From contig JAFDWZ010000039.1 of assembly GCA_018268195.1 (NCBI GenBank), forward strand, positions 6,859 to 70,858: a stretch of DNA of 64,000 nucleotides. The letters run 5' to 3'. The first letter of the stretch is position 1. Each line of letters opens with the position of its first letter. The notes under the pieces are model-generated. The model was not told the DNA's origin. It worked only from the letters and a program-made list of their open reading frames with translations, and did not search any database. Shown piece by piece: positions 37,807 to 48,279 of this stretch. Made by a program: the position numbers and the translations under genes. This stretch comes from Bacteroidota bacterium (GTDB lineage Bacteria > Bacteroidota > Bacteroidia > AKYH767-A > OLB10).

Positions 37807-40401
37807 CTATTTCCCTCCAATAAGCTGAACGGCTCCGTGAATGGTGCGTGGTTTAATGCCATCAATATAAATTTCATATACCGTACATACATAATAGTAA
37901 ACCCCGTCACTTAATCTAACCGAACCATTGTCTTTTGTTCCCTTCCATCTGATATCCTTATCCGTAGTTTCAAAAACTTTATTTCCCCATCGGTTGTAAA
38001 CGGTCATCTCTATATGATCAACAAAACGGTAAGGGAATGGCACGAACAAATCATTTTTCCCGTCTTGGTCAGGAGTGAACACATTAGGCAAAGTATATTC
38101 CGGACAAGTTTCAGCACAAGCCATTTCACTTGAACCACTTTTGTTGCCTGCCGAGTCAATGGTTACGATAGAATAACATCCACGAATGCTGTCGGGAATA
38201 TCGCGCGTATAGGTGGTAATATTTGCATCGTGCAAAACAGCTATAAGGTAAGGTTGTTGGTTGCGTGTAGGAGTATAATATAATTCGTAAGTTACCACAT
38301 CAGCACCACATGCAGGATCGGGTTTGGTCCAGTTCAGGTCAACCGACTCGCGTTCGCAAGAGGCGGAAACGGTTAATCCGCTTATAGAGCAGGGAGGAAT
38401 ATTGTCAACAGGTATGTCGCATTTCTCCTGTGAAAAATTTAAAATTGGATTGACAAATGCAGGAGATGTATAACTGCCTATGGATTGAATTTTATAGCAG
38501 AATAACGAATCGTTTGCCAGGCCTGTATCAGTGTAGTTGGTTACGTAAACAGTGTCAATAACTACGAAAGTGCCACCACCGTACTGTCGGTAAACAACAT
38601 ATTGTGTATTGATCCAGGGTACTACAGCCTGCCATGAAAGTTGCACGGAATTGTCAGAAGCTACTGTTGACAGATAAACACTTGAAGCCGCAAATGATTC
38701 ACCCATTTTAAAAGTATTTCCGGGAGTAAGGTTATGCATTTCCACCTTATAATTCCATCCGAAGTCAGTGGTGTTTATTCCTGTATCAGTATAAATGGTG
38801 TCATTCAAATCGCTGAAGGTTGCTATCTGAGTAAATGCCGTTCCGGTGATTCCTTGGGCACGCAACAAACGGTATTCAAACGGCCCTGGCGTTTGCGTAC
38901 TATCTATGGTTTTAGGCTTCGACCATGCAATGTACATGCTCCCTGTAGTCTGATTGGTTGAAAGCACACTTACGTTGGTCATTACCGGAAGATTTTGCAC
39001 AAGTGTAGCACAAGCTTCATTGGAGGCATAACTTTCAGCACCGTCATCAAAATAGGAAATTACCATATAGCAGTAATCATTTCCGGGAATTATTCCGGTG
39101 CCGTTGTTATTATCAGTGAACGAATTGTTACTAATACCTTGTATGGTTGTCAGCAGTGTATAACCTGTATATGCAGGTACTCCTGTTTCGCACTGTGACG
39201 GTGTGTAGCCATAAAAACCTATACGTCTGTAAATTTTATATCCCACAGCATTAACACATGTTGTCTGATTCCAGTTCAGATGAATGGAATTATTTCCTGA
39301 AGGTGCTGCGGTAAGGTTTTGTGGTGCGGGAGCTACTACCGTTATTTTCATCCGTTTCAGGTCAACAAGACTAATGGGTGTAACATTATCCTGAGCTTTA
39401 AACAAAATCTGATAAGGGGCCTTGCGAACATGCACACACTCTGTTTGCCAATTAAATGTTCCGGTAGCAGGAGAATTGTCGGTAATGGTTGGAAACGATG
39501 CAGTGCTGATGGGAGTGTAAGCAGTATCTAAGGGTCCCCCTGTGGCTGTAAGTGTGATCATGTTGCCATCAGGGTCAACAGCGGTAACAGGAAAGGAAAT
39601 AAAATCTCCGGCAGTTACACATAAATCATTCAGGTTATTTATCACAGGTGGATTGTTATTGGTAACTCCTATATCAATCTGCATATCCCGCTCCACATAA
39701 CCTATGTTTACGCCATTGCGCCACTCACGTATCAGAAAAGCTACATTAAACTCGCCTTGAATGGTTGGTGAATCCCAAATCAAATCACCTGTAACGGCAT
39801 CAAGAGAAAATGAATTGCTTGCTACCGGATAAAAATATCCCGGAATATCCAACCCTCCGCTTCCTTTACATTTTATCAGTTCATACGACAAGCTGTCGCC
39901 ATCAGGATCATAGGCATTGGGATTATGAATAAATATTTTCCCTATTGCCCCATTGTCAATGGGAGGTTGAAGCAACACAGGTGAATTGTTATATCCCAAC
40001 ACCGGGCTTATAACAATCTGCGACTCCACATAAAACGGAACATTCACCGAACCCGGAATATTTACAACACCGCCATTACGATTTGGGTCTTCAAAAAACA
40101 CTGTGTATGTTGATGGCCCGGGAAAAGTATGCACCCCTTCATAATAACATCGGCTGATATCAGGCCCCACCGTAATTTTACTGATGCGGGGAAGTGAATC
40201 TTTAGTGCCATCACCCCAGTTCATTTCCAACACGGGGCGGTCTGCCGGGCTGCTCGTTTTGGTGTAAGTCACTATCTGAACACGGTATGTCAGTAATGCG
40301 ACTTGCTGGTAGGTAATTTCGCCTGCACGGTTATGGGTAGCCATACTCTGAAGGCAAGAGAAAAGTACTGCTGTAACGAGGAAAATTATTTTTCTGAACA
40401 T
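37807..40401 (-). CDS. large surface protein with T9SS type B (gliding motility-associated) C-terminal domain
   Basis: 864 aa with a signal peptide, an N-terminal HNRAGEITY motif, Ig/FN3-like repeats, and a C-terminal LPNVFTPDQDGKNDLFVPF...NRWGNKVFE...WKGT...DGVYYY, which is the type B sorting domain pattern. Confidence 0.8.
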   Translation of the reverse strand: MFRKIIFLVTAVLFSCLQSMATHNRAGEITYQQVALLTYRVQIVTYTKTSSPADRPVLEMNWGDGTKDSLPRISKITVGPDISRCYYEGVHTFPGPSTYTVFFEDPNRNGGVVNIPGSVNVPFYVESQIVISPVLGYNNSPVLLQPPIDNGAIGKIFIHNPNAYDPDGDSLSYELIKCKGSGGLDIPGYFYPVASNSFSLDAVTGDLIWDSPTIQGEFNVAFLIREWRNGVNIGYVERDMQIDIGVTNNNPPVINNLNDLCVTAGDFISFPVTAVDPDGNMITLTATGGPLDTAYTPISTASFPTITDNSPATGTFNWQTECVHVRKAPYQILFKAQDNVTPISLVDLKRMKITVVAPAPQNLTAAPSGNNSIHLNWNQTTCVNAVGYKIYRRIGFYGYTPSQCETGVPAYTGYTLLTTIQGISNNSFTDNNNGTGIIPGNDYCYMVISYFDDGAESYASNEACATLVQNLPVMTNVSVLSTNQTTGSMYIAWSKPKTIDSTQTPGPFEYRLLRAQGITGTAFTQIATFSDLNDTIYTDTGINTTDFGWNYKVEMHNLTPGNTFKMGESFAASSVYLSTVASDNSVQLSWQAVVPWINTQYVVYRQYGGGTFVVIDTVYVTNYTDTGLANDSLFCYKIQSIGSYTSPAFVNPILNFSQEKCDIPVDNIPPCSISGLTVSASCERESVDLNWTKPDPACGADVVTYELYYTPTRNQQPYLIAVLHDANITTYTRDIPDSIRGCYSIVTIDSAGNKSGSSEMACAETCPEYTLPNVFTPDQDGKNDLFVPFPYRFVDHIEMTVYNRWGNKVFETTDKDIRWKGTKDNGSVRLSDGVYYYVCTVYEIYIDGIKPRTIHGAVQLIGGK

Positions 40402-40745
40402 GTTGTTGTGTCAGCGGTTTAAAGTTTATTTACTAATACTGATTATTACTATTTGTTAAAAAATACATTTACGAAATCAACATGTATCATCCGAAATCAT
40501 ACCTTTTGTTTGAAGCAAATTAAATACATTCCAGTTAAACATACATAGCTATGGCATGGTTCATTCCCATTAAAAAATTCACCGGTATGGTGTAATATCT
40601 TATTTCAGTAACGGAAAAAAGTATTAAATGTTTTTTTAATTTCACCCCCTCGGAACCAATAGATTGCATTGTGTAAATCTACATAAATACCCGATAAGAT
40701 TTTTTTAACTTCATCAATATTTTACAGTTTCAATTCACAACATCA

Positions 40746-42170
40746 ATGATTCAAAAAAATAATACCAACGCCAATCCCGATACCCCTCTGATTATTCTTA
40801 CGAACAACATTCACCGTTTTCATGAAAAAGACTTCACTGCCGAACAACTGCAATATGTAAAAAAAGAGTTAAAAGATGATAAAAAAACGGTAGCTGTAAA
40901 TCAGTATGACAGAATGGTATATGTGTGTGTAGCCGGCAACAGCAAGAAGCCAATCTATATTCAAAAGGAAGAATTCAGAAAAGCGGGGCATCAGATGGCT
41001 TCGGTTATAAATAAAATTAAAGCTAAATCGGTCATTATACGAGCTGACGGTTTACGTGATGAAGTGCTGTGTTTTACTGAAGGTATGGCATTGGCAAATT
41101 ATCAGTTTCTGAAACATAAGTCGGGTGGCAAAAAAAACTCACTCGAAGTGATAGCCTTACAAGCGCCAAAAGTGAGCGAAGCAGATATGCAATGGTTAAA
41201 TACGGTAGTTGAAGCAACCTGCAAAGCCCGTGATCTGGTAAACGAACCTGTGAATTTTCTGTCGGCAGTACAGCTTTCAGATGCATTTGAAAAAATGGGT
41301 AAAGAGGCCGGCTTTAAAGTAAAAGTGCTTCATAAGAAAGACATTGAAAAACTGAAGATGGGCGGATTGCTCTCTGTAAATCTGGGTAGTCAGGATCCTC
41401 CTACTTTCACCGTGATGGAGTATAAATCCCCTAAAGCAAAAAACAAAAAACCTTTTGTACTGGTGGGCAAAGGTGTGGTTTATGACACCGGAGGTCTTAG
41501 CCTTAAGCCTACTGCCAATAGCATGGATTATATGAAATGCGACATGGGAGGCTCAGCGGCTGTATCTTGTGCGCTATATGCTATTGCTAAAGCCAAACTA
41601 CCCGTACACGTAGTTGCATTGGTTCCTGCTACCGACAACAGACCCGGTGAAAAAGCATACGTACCGGGAGATGTCATTACCATGTACAGCGGAAAAACTG
41701 TTGAAGTTCTTAACACCGATGCCGAAGGAAGACTGATACTTGCTGATGCATTGCATTATGCCAAACAGTTTAACCCATCATTGGTAATGGAATTTTCAAC
41801 GCTTACAGGCGCGGCCTCAAGTGCCTTGGGCAAATATGCTGCTGCATTTATGACCACAGCTGACAACCAAAAACAGGCTATCATGAAAAGTGCAGAAAAT
41901 GTTTTTGAACGAATAGTGGAGTTTCCGCTTTGGGAAGAATATGGAGAGCTGTTAAACTCTGACATTGCTGACCTGAAAAATATTGGTGGACCTGTTGCAG
42001 GCATGATAACTGCTGCAAAATTTTTAGAAAATTTTATTGACTATCCTTATATGCATTTCGATATTGCAGGTACAGCCTTTGTGCATGCTGAAGACAGTTA
42101 TCGCAGTAAAGGTGCTACCGGATACGGTGTAAGATTGATTGCTGATTTTATTAAAAACAAGAGCAAATAA
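40746..42170 (+). CDS. pepA: leucyl aminopeptidase (M17)
   Basis: 474 aa with VGKGVVYDTGGLSLKP and NTDAEGRLILADAL. Confidence 0.9.
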   Translation: MIQKNNTNANPDTPLIILTNNIHRFHEKDFTAEQLQYVKKELKDDKKTVAVNQYDRMVYVCVAGNSKKPIYIQKEEFRKAGHQMASVINKIKAKSVIIRADGLRDEVLCFTEGMALANYQFLKHKSGGKKNSLEVIALQAPKVSEADMQWLNTVVEATCKARDLVNEPVNFLSAVQLSDAFEKMGKEAGFKVKVLHKKDIEKLKMGGLLSVNLGSQDPPTFTVMEYKSPKAKNKKPFVLVGKGVVYDTGGLSLKPTANSMDYMKCDMGGSAAVSCALYAIAKAKLPVHVVALVPATDNRPGEKAYVPGDVITMYSGKTVEVLNTDAEGRLILADALHYAKQFNPSLVMEFSTLTGAASSALGKYAAAFMTTADNQKQAIMKSAENVFERIVEFPLWEEYGELLNSDIADLKNIGGPVAGMITAAKFLENFIDYPYMHFDIAGTAFVHAEDSYRSKGATGYGVRLIADFIKNKSK

Positions 42171-43237
42171 TGAGTGAAATAGAAAACGAAATAAAACCTA
42201 AAATTGGAATCACCATTGGAGATTTCAATGGTATTGGCATTGAAGTAATCATCAAGACTTTGGCCGACAACAGAATACTGTCAACCTGCACTCCGGTAAT
42301 TTATGGTTCATCAAAAGTAATTTCTTATCATCGTAAAATGCTGAATCATCAGGAATTTAATTTCAATACCATTAAAAGTGCTGATGAAGCAAGTCATAAA
42401 AAAACCAATGTGCTCAACTGTTGGGAAGAAGATGTAAAAGTTGACATCGGTAAAGCATCCACACTTGCCGGAAGTTATGCCTTAAACGCATTGAAGGCTG
42501 CAGCTAAGGATGCTCTTGATAAAAAAATTGACGCAATCGTCACAGCACCTATTGACAAAAACACCATTCAGGGTGAAGGATTTAATTTTAAAGGTCACAC
42601 CGAGTTTTTTGCAAGTGTATGCGGCAATGCCGAACCCGTTATGCTGATGATAAGCAACAATTTCAGAGTAGGATTGGTAACGGGCCACATCGCTTTGCGC
42701 GAAGTGCCATCAGCACTTACCAAAGAAAAAATTATTGCCAAAACAAAATTAGTTCACGAATCGCTGCGTAGAGATTTCGGAATACGAAAACCACGTATTG
42801 CTGTATTAGGATTAAACCCACATGCCGGAGACAGTGGTTTGTTAGGTAAAGAAGAAACCGAAATTATTTCACCTGCAGTAGAAGAATTGCGAAAAATGGA
42901 TGTGATGGCTTTCGGCCCTTATCCTGCTGACGGATTTTTTGGCTCTTCCAAAATAAAAAACTTTGATGCCATCATGGCCATGTATCATGACCAGGGATTA
43001 GTGCCTTTTAAATCTCTGGCTTTTACATCAGGAATCAACTTTACGGCAGGGTTGCCTATTGTGCGCACCTCCCCCGATCATGGCACTGCTTATGATATTG
43101 CCGGAAAAAATATTGCCTCCGAAGAATCGTTTCGCGAAGCGGTTTATGCAGCTTGTGATATTGTAAAGCAAAGATTGATTACGGAAGAAATAACTGCTAA
43201 TCCGTTGAAGTTTTCAAAAATTTCTTCTGACAGATAA
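42170..43237 (+). CDS. pdxA: 4-hydroxythreonine-4-phosphate dehydrogenase
   Basis: 355 aa with GLNPHAGDSG, MYHDQGLVPFK and RTSPDHGTAYDIAG. Confidence 0.9.
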   Translation: MSEIENEIKPKIGITIGDFNGIGIEVIIKTLADNRILSTCTPVIYGSSKVISYHRKMLNHQEFNFNTIKSADEASHKKTNVLNCWEEDVKVDIGKASTLAGSYALNALKAAAKDALDKKIDAIVTAPIDKNTIQGEGFNFKGHTEFFASVCGNAEPVMLMISNNFRVGLVTGHIALREVPSALTKEKIIAKTKLVHESLRRDFGIRKPRIAVLGLNPHAGDSGLLGKEETEIISPAVEELRKMDVMAFGPYPADGFFGSSKIKNFDAIMAMYHDQGLVPFKSLAFTSGINFTAGLPIVRTSPDHGTAYDIAGKNIASEESFREAVYAACDIVKQRLITEEITANPLKFSKISSDR

Positions 43238-43238
43238 T

Positions 43239-44018
43239 TTACTTCTTATCTGCAAGTGACGATAACTCATTGGCAAGTCCTGAATAATTTTTAATATCCA
43301 TTTTTACAGAGCCAACAAGAATTTGTGCTTCAGCACGTATGGGTATTTTGTTTTCATCATCACTTACCCACAGTGTCATATCTTCTTTGTTTTTAAACAC
43401 ACGCCCTTCTAAAAGCTGAGGGTGGAATTTAAGACAATTGATATTTCCGAATTTAGTCTTCAGGTTTTCTCTCCCTACAAAAACAAATTTTATGGGAATG
43501 ACAGCATCATCCAGGTAAGCATCCAACTCAAAAATATCACCTTTCTGAGCATTACTATAATCCAAAGTTCTGGCATAGTAAAATGCCGAAATCAAATCCT
43601 GTACATTTTGAGGAGTTGCTATTGTAGCCTTTTTGCTTACTGCAATATTTTTAACATGATTAAATGATACATCCTGATTTATTTTATATCCTCCTTCATT
43701 TACTCTTCTGATAAACAGCCAGGGTATTAATGCCTGCGAATCAACAAAACTTTCATAGCGGTCGCGAACTTTAAAAAACCAGTCAAAGGCACCTTTGGTC
43801 TGACCGGTGCCCACTACATGATATACTTCGCGAGGTCCGATATTTTTTTTGTCAGGCATCACTTCCAGCCTTGCTTCTCCTGCATCAATGATTCCATAAT
43901 GCACTCTATACTCCAATACCTCGCCTGATTTGAAAGCACGATTTTCAACCGTACGCAATTTGTTCTGCGCATCAACGTCAGGTTGAATTAACAAAAATGA
44001 TAGGATTGTTGCCAGCAT
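43239..44018 (-). CDS. DUF3108-like exported protein
   Basis: Start moved to the ATG at 44018 (MLATILSFLLIQPDVDAQ signal peptide). The GEVLEYRVHYGIIDAGEARLEV opening is typical of DUF3108. Confidence 0.55.
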   Translation of the reverse strand: MLATILSFLLIQPDVDAQNKLRTVENRAFKSGEVLEYRVHYGIIDAGEARLEVMPDKKNIGPREVYHVVGTGQTKGAFDWFFKVRDRYESFVDSQALIPWLFIRRVNEGGYKINQDVSFNHVKNIAVSKKATIATPQNVQDLISAFYYARTLDYSNAQKGDIFELDAYLDDAVIPIKFVFVGRENLKTKFGNINCLKFHPQLLEGRVFKNKEDMTLWVSDDENKIPIRAEAQILVGSVKMDIKNYSGLANELSSLADKK

Positions 44019-44103
44019 ATTGATGTAATACTTTTGGCAACGTACAACAAAACACAAGCCAATAAAATGAGACACGCTATATTAATATGAAAATGTCATT
44101 AAA

Positions 44104-44763
44104 TTATAAATTGCCGTCCGTTTCATGAGTTTGTTCATCAGATGTTTCATTGCTTTCTTCAGGGATGTCAGAATGAGTCAATGTGTTTTCAACTGAATCA
44201 ATCATTTCGGCAGGAGTTCCTATTTCGTTTTCGTCAAACACCACATCTTTCAGTTTTGGCAAGTCCTTAGCCGACTTCAACCCAAAATGATCCATGAAAT
44301 TTTTGCTGATGCCATAGAGTAACGGCTTACCGGGTCCGTCACCTTTTCCCTGAATAACTATCAGTTCTTTTTCAAGCAATTTCTGAATGGAATAATCGCA
44401 GTTCACTCCTCTGATATTTTCAATTTCAGGTTTAGAAACCGGTTGTTTGTAGGCAATAATTGCCAGCGTTTCCAGTGCGGCTGTTGTAAGTTTCTTTTTG
44501 GAATTAATCTGAAGCATGGTATTTACAATACCGTAATAATCCTTCTTGCTCAGAAAACGAAAACCACCGGCAATCTCCATCAGTTCAAAAGCGTAATCAT
44601 CACTTTCATATCTGGAAGTAAGTTCTGCAATTATCTCTCTGATATTTTCACTTGTCACTTCCCACCCGTAAGCAGCTTTAAGAGCACCCTGTATTTCGTT
44701 AATGGTAATACTTTGCTCGGCAGTGAAAATTAATGCTTCTATATTTTGTTTTAAACTTTCCAT
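44104..44763 (-). CDS. scpB: SMC-Scp complex subunit ScpB
   Basis: 219 aa with tandem winged-helix ScpB pattern (IEALIFTAEQSITI, ALETLAIIAYKQPVSKPEIENIRGV) and an acidic tail. Confidence 0.85.
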   Translation of the reverse strand: MESLKQNIEALIFTAEQSITINEIQGALKAAYGWEVTSENIREIIAELTSRYESDDYAFELMEIAGGFRFLSKKDYYGIVNTMLQINSKKKLTTAALETLAIIAYKQPVSKPEIENIRGVNCDYSIQKLLEKELIVIQGKGDGPGKPLLYGISKNFMDHFGLKSAKDLPKLKDVVFDENEIGTPAEMIDSVENTLTHSDIPEESNETSDEQTHETDGNL

Positions 44764-44811
44764 TTTTAACAGTGCACTTTTTTAAAACAGGCTGTTGTAT
44801 AAAATTCATAG

Positions 44812-44819
44812 CAAAGATA
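44812..44819 (-). promoter_or_regulatory. -7 box (TATCTTTG on the minus strand) upstream of scpB
   Basis: Plus-strand CAAAGATA lies 49 nt upstream of the ATG at 44763. Confidence 0.35.
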
Positions 44820-44867
44820 ACAAATTCAAGGCTGCTCTTTCTATATAACAGAGTTAAAAAACATCCT

Positions 44868-45947
44868 TTAAACACGTAGCCTGAACTTGTTTTTGCTATA
44901 ATCCACTTCTTCTCCCAGCAGAAATCCGTAAGGTTTTAAATATTCCACATTATCACAAACCACCTTCACCATTCCGGTCAGCGGAAGGCATATTATCATA
45001 CCTGTAACTCCCCAAACGGAACCACAAATAAGAAGTACCAAGGTAGCAGTTAGCGGATTGATGCTTACACTGCTGCCTACTACATAAGGAGTGATAAAAT
45101 TGTTGTCAATAAACTGTACTACCACACACACACCGGCAGCGCCTATGGCATAGCCAATCTCATCCTTGGTAAGCAAGGCCATGAGTATAGGTAAAATACT
45201 GCCAATTAAAACACCAATGTAAGGAATGATATTTAATGCCGATGCCAGCACTCCAAACAATATGGCATGTTCGATACCCAACAACATAAAACCTGCTGAA
45301 TTGAGAATAGATAAAATAAGAACATCTAAAAATATTCCTTTCAGATATTTCTGCGAAACTCCTGATACTTTTTTAATAATGTTCATCACGTTCTCATGTT
45401 TTTCATCAGCTACTATTGCCACAATAAATTGTTTTATTTTTTCTTTATAAAGTGTAAGAAAGAAAATATAAATAGGAATAAGCGCGAGGTTAGCAATGAA
45501 CGAACCTGTTGAACTGAAAAAGTTAAGCAACAGCACTCCGCTTGAAGATGCATTTTCAGCAATTTTTGATTGTACAAAATCTATTTGTTTTTCCTTAGAT
45601 ATATGGAATTTACTGAAAATAAAATTCTGGATTCCCTCCACCTTGTTCATCAGTTTTTCCTGGAGCAAAGGCAGGTCTTGGGCAAAAGAAGCAATCTGAT
45701 AATAGAAAAAATAAAAAAATCCCGACACTACAACTATAGCAAGGATTATACTGATTAAGATTGCTACTGAAGCAGGGAACTTCCACTTTCGCAATGTATT
45801 TGATATGGGTAAAAGCATGAAAGTGAACAGAACAGAAATGATAAAAGGGATAAGAATATCCTGCGAAACATTGAGGACATAGAAAACAAGGATTGCCAGC
45901 AAGAGCTTAAAAGTAATCCTTATGTAGTAAGGCGGTTGTTGCAACAT
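44868..45947 (-). CDS. AI-2E family transporter (PerM/UPF0118)
   Basis: 359 aa with 7-8 TMs and the family-typical segment IPYIGVLIGSILPILMAL...FIDNNFITPYVVGSSVSINPL. Confidence 0.85.
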   Translation of the reverse strand: MLQQPPYYIRITFKLLLAILVFYVLNVSQDILIPFIISVLFTFMLLPISNTLRKWKFPASVAILISIILAIVVVSGFFYFFYYQIASFAQDLPLLQEKLMNKVEGIQNFIFSKFHISKEKQIDFVQSKIAENASSSGVLLLNFFSSTGSFIANLALIPIYIFFLTLYKEKIKQFIVAIVADEKHENVMNIIKKVSGVSQKYLKGIFLDVLILSILNSAGFMLLGIEHAILFGVLASALNIIPYIGVLIGSILPILMALLTKDEIGYAIGAAGVCVVVQFIDNNFITPYVVGSSVSINPLTATLVLLICGSVWGVTGMIICLPLTGMVKVVCDNVEYLKPYGFLLGEEVDYSKNKFRLRV

Positions 45948-45988
45948 ATTGTTAAAGTTTTCGAAAATAAAGATACACTATTTCTATT

Positions 45989-47545
45989 TTATTCATTACG
46001 CAGAAATTGTTCACATTGCGTAGCCACATAGTCACCATCAATGGCAGCTGAGATAATTCCTCCGGCATAGCCTGCTCCTTCGCCACATGGAAACAATCCC
46101 TGAATCTGCACATGCATGGCATTATTGGCATTACGTGGAATTCGTATAGGTGATGAAGTGCGCGATTCAACACCGGTGATGATTGCATCATTGGAATGAT
46201 AGCCTTTTATTTTTTTTCCAAAATTCACAAAAGCATCTGAAAGTCCTTTTGCAATAAATGGCGGCAACATATCCTGCAAATTCACAGACGTTATTCCCGG
46301 AATATAAGAACAAGTCGGCAGCGATGATGACATTCGTCCGGCAACAAAATCGGCTATGCGTTGTGCAGGAGCTCTTAAATTTCCTCCTCCTGCAATGAAT
46401 GCCTTTTTCTCAACTGTTTCCTGAAATTTCAGAAACCTAAGTTCTCCGTAAGAATTAAAATCTCTGACATCATCCTCCGTCACGCTGACTACAATTCCGG
46501 AGTTGGCAAAAGGATTATTTCTTTTCGAAGGGCTCCATCCATTTACCACAACTTCGCCAATACCCGTAGCGGCAGGAGCAATAATTCCTCCGGGGCACAT
46601 ACAAAAAGAGTAAACTCCTCTGTTGTTATGCTGATGCGTAAGACTATATGATGCCGGTGGCAGATAAGGACTACGCTCAGCGCAGTGATATTGCGCTGCA
46701 TCAATCACACGTTGGTCATGTTCGGCACGAACGCCTAATGCAAATGGTTTACCTTCAATAGCAATTCCCTTATCATGAAGCAGATAAAAAATATCTCTGG
46801 CTGAATGACCGGTGGCAAGAATTAAAGCACGTGCCTTAATATTCGTTTCAGAAGCATTAGCACTTCTTACTCTTGCGCTTTCAAAAATATCATTGGTGAA
46901 ATGGATATCCACTATCTTGGTGTTGAATAAAATTTCGCCTCCACAATCGAGAATCCTATTGCGCATGGCCGAAATAATTCCGGGAAGTTTGTTGGTACCT
47001 ATATGTGGATGTGCATCCACAGCTATATCTGCCGATGCTCCAAACTCTATAAATGTATTCAGCATAGCCTGAACATCGCCACGCTTATTGGAACGTGTAT
47101 ATAATTTTCCATCACTGTAAGTACCTGCACCTCCTTCACCAAAACAATAATTCGATTCAGGGTTTACTACATGTTGTTTGTTGATGGCAGCTAAATCGCG
47201 TCTTCTGTTGCGTACATCCTTGCCTCTTTCTATGATGACAGGTTTGAACCCACCTTCAATTAACCGTATAGCAGCAAACAGTCCTGCCGGTCCGCAACCT
47301 GCTACCAAAACCGGTTCGGCATTGGTTACCTTCTGCCATTTACGCCCGGTAAACTCCGGCAAGGTCGAATTTTCCGGCAATACTTCAATGAGTAAACGAA
47401 TTTTTATATTTCTGGATCGGGCATCAATACTTCGTTTGAGAATCTGAAATTTTTTCTGATTTCCGCAACGTGTCCACACTGCTTTATTGATGAATTGCTC
47501 ATTGGCAGATTCTTCTGGCGAAAGAGCAAGTTCAATTCGTTGCAT
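45989..47545 (-). CDS. NAD(P)/FAD-dependent oxidoreductase (COG2509-type)
   Basis: 518 aa with the Rossmann motif VAGCGPAGLFAA and a C-terminal FPCGEGAGYAGGIISAAIDG. Confidence 0.8.
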   Translation of the reverse strand: MQRIELALSPEESANEQFINKAVWTRCGNQKKFQILKRSIDARSRNIKIRLLIEVLPENSTLPEFTGRKWQKVTNAEPVLVAGCGPAGLFAAIRLIEGGFKPVIIERGKDVRNRRRDLAAINKQHVVNPESNYCFGEGGAGTYSDGKLYTRSNKRGDVQAMLNTFIEFGASADIAVDAHPHIGTNKLPGIISAMRNRILDCGGEILFNTKIVDIHFTNDIFESARVRSANASETNIKARALILATGHSARDIFYLLHDKGIAIEGKPFALGVRAEHDQRVIDAAQYHCAERSPYLPPASYSLTHQHNNRGVYSFCMCPGGIIAPAATGIGEVVVNGWSPSKRNNPFANSGIVVSVTEDDVRDFNSYGELRFLKFQETVEKKAFIAGGGNLRAPAQRIADFVAGRMSSSLPTCSYIPGITSVNLQDMLPPFIAKGLSDAFVNFGKKIKGYHSNDAIITGVESRTSSPIRIPRNANNAMHVQIQGLFPCGEGAGYAGGIISAAIDGDYVATQCEQFLRNE

Positions 47546-47556
47546 GAAAAAGTTGA

Positions 47557-48279
47557 TTATTCGAAAGTAAAGGAAAGTGTAAACATTTTAGTGAAAAGCC
47601 CATCTAATGATTGGGAATACACTAAATTATCTTTTACCAAAAGATTTCTCACACCATGATACATTTTTATCTCTGGTGAAAATTTAAACATGGGTAAATA
47701 AAAATCGCAACCCACTCCTATTTCATATCCGTAATCATAACGTTGCAACTTTACAAACTCCTTGTCTTTGGATTTCACTTTTGCTTGTGAAACCATATCA
47801 ATGCTATATTTCACTCCGCCCAAAACATAAGCTCTGAAATTATTCAGCCTCGCTGATTTAAACTTTAAATCAACAGGGAATTCCACAAAAGTACTTTCTA
47901 CTTTTTTCGTCACTACATTATCAAGAGGACGGCCACGCTCGAATGTATAAATCAAATTGCGTGATGCGAAAGCAAGTCCGGGCAGGAAACGTAAATCAAA
48001 ATACTCTCCCAAACGCATGTTGGTTACTATCTGCAGATTAAACCCTGACATTCCTTTTGATTCAATGGTATGCAATGAATCTATTAGGCTTAATCCTGAA
48101 ATGCGGTCTATCACAAAATCTGTTTTGTTTATTCCGAGTATAAAACCAAAATGAAACCTCTGTCTGTCATATTTTGGAAGGTTCAGAATTTTTTGCTTTT
48201 GTGCTTCTGCATTGTGCATCACTGCCAACAGAACTACTGCCATCAACCACTGAAAAAACTTTTTCCGCTTTTTTATCAT
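47557..48279 (-). CDS. PorT/SprT-like outer-membrane beta-barrel protein
   Basis: 240 aa with a signal peptide, alternating beta-strand pattern and a C-terminal aromatic residue (SFTFE). The size and position directly after ubiE recall the T9SS-associated PorT family. The family assignment is not verified. Confidence 0.55.
   Translation of the reverse strand: MIKKRKKFFQWLMAVVLLAVMHNAEAQKQKILNLPKYDRQRFHFGFILGINKTDFVIDRISGLSLIDSLHTIESKGMSGFNLQIVTNMRLGEYFDLRFLPGLAFASRNLIYTFERGRPLDNVVTKKVESTFVEFPVDLKFKSARLNNFRAYVLGGVKYSIDMVSQAKVKSKDKEFVKLQRYDYGYEIGVGCDFYLPMFKFSPEIKMYHGVRNLLVKDNLVYSQSLDGLFTKMFTLSFTFE

Noticed and set aside
40472-40499. Direct repeat CGAAATCA twice, 20 nt apart, upstream of the adhesin gene
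   Set aside because: Two 8-mers in an AT-rich spacer are within chance expectation, and no further copies or symmetry were found.
45952-46191. 79-aa ORF overlapping the 3' end of the FAD-oxidoreductase gene on the same strand
   Set aside because: It is an out-of-frame overlap with a motif-supported gene (FPCGEGAGYAGGIISAA lies in the main frame). It has no independent signals.
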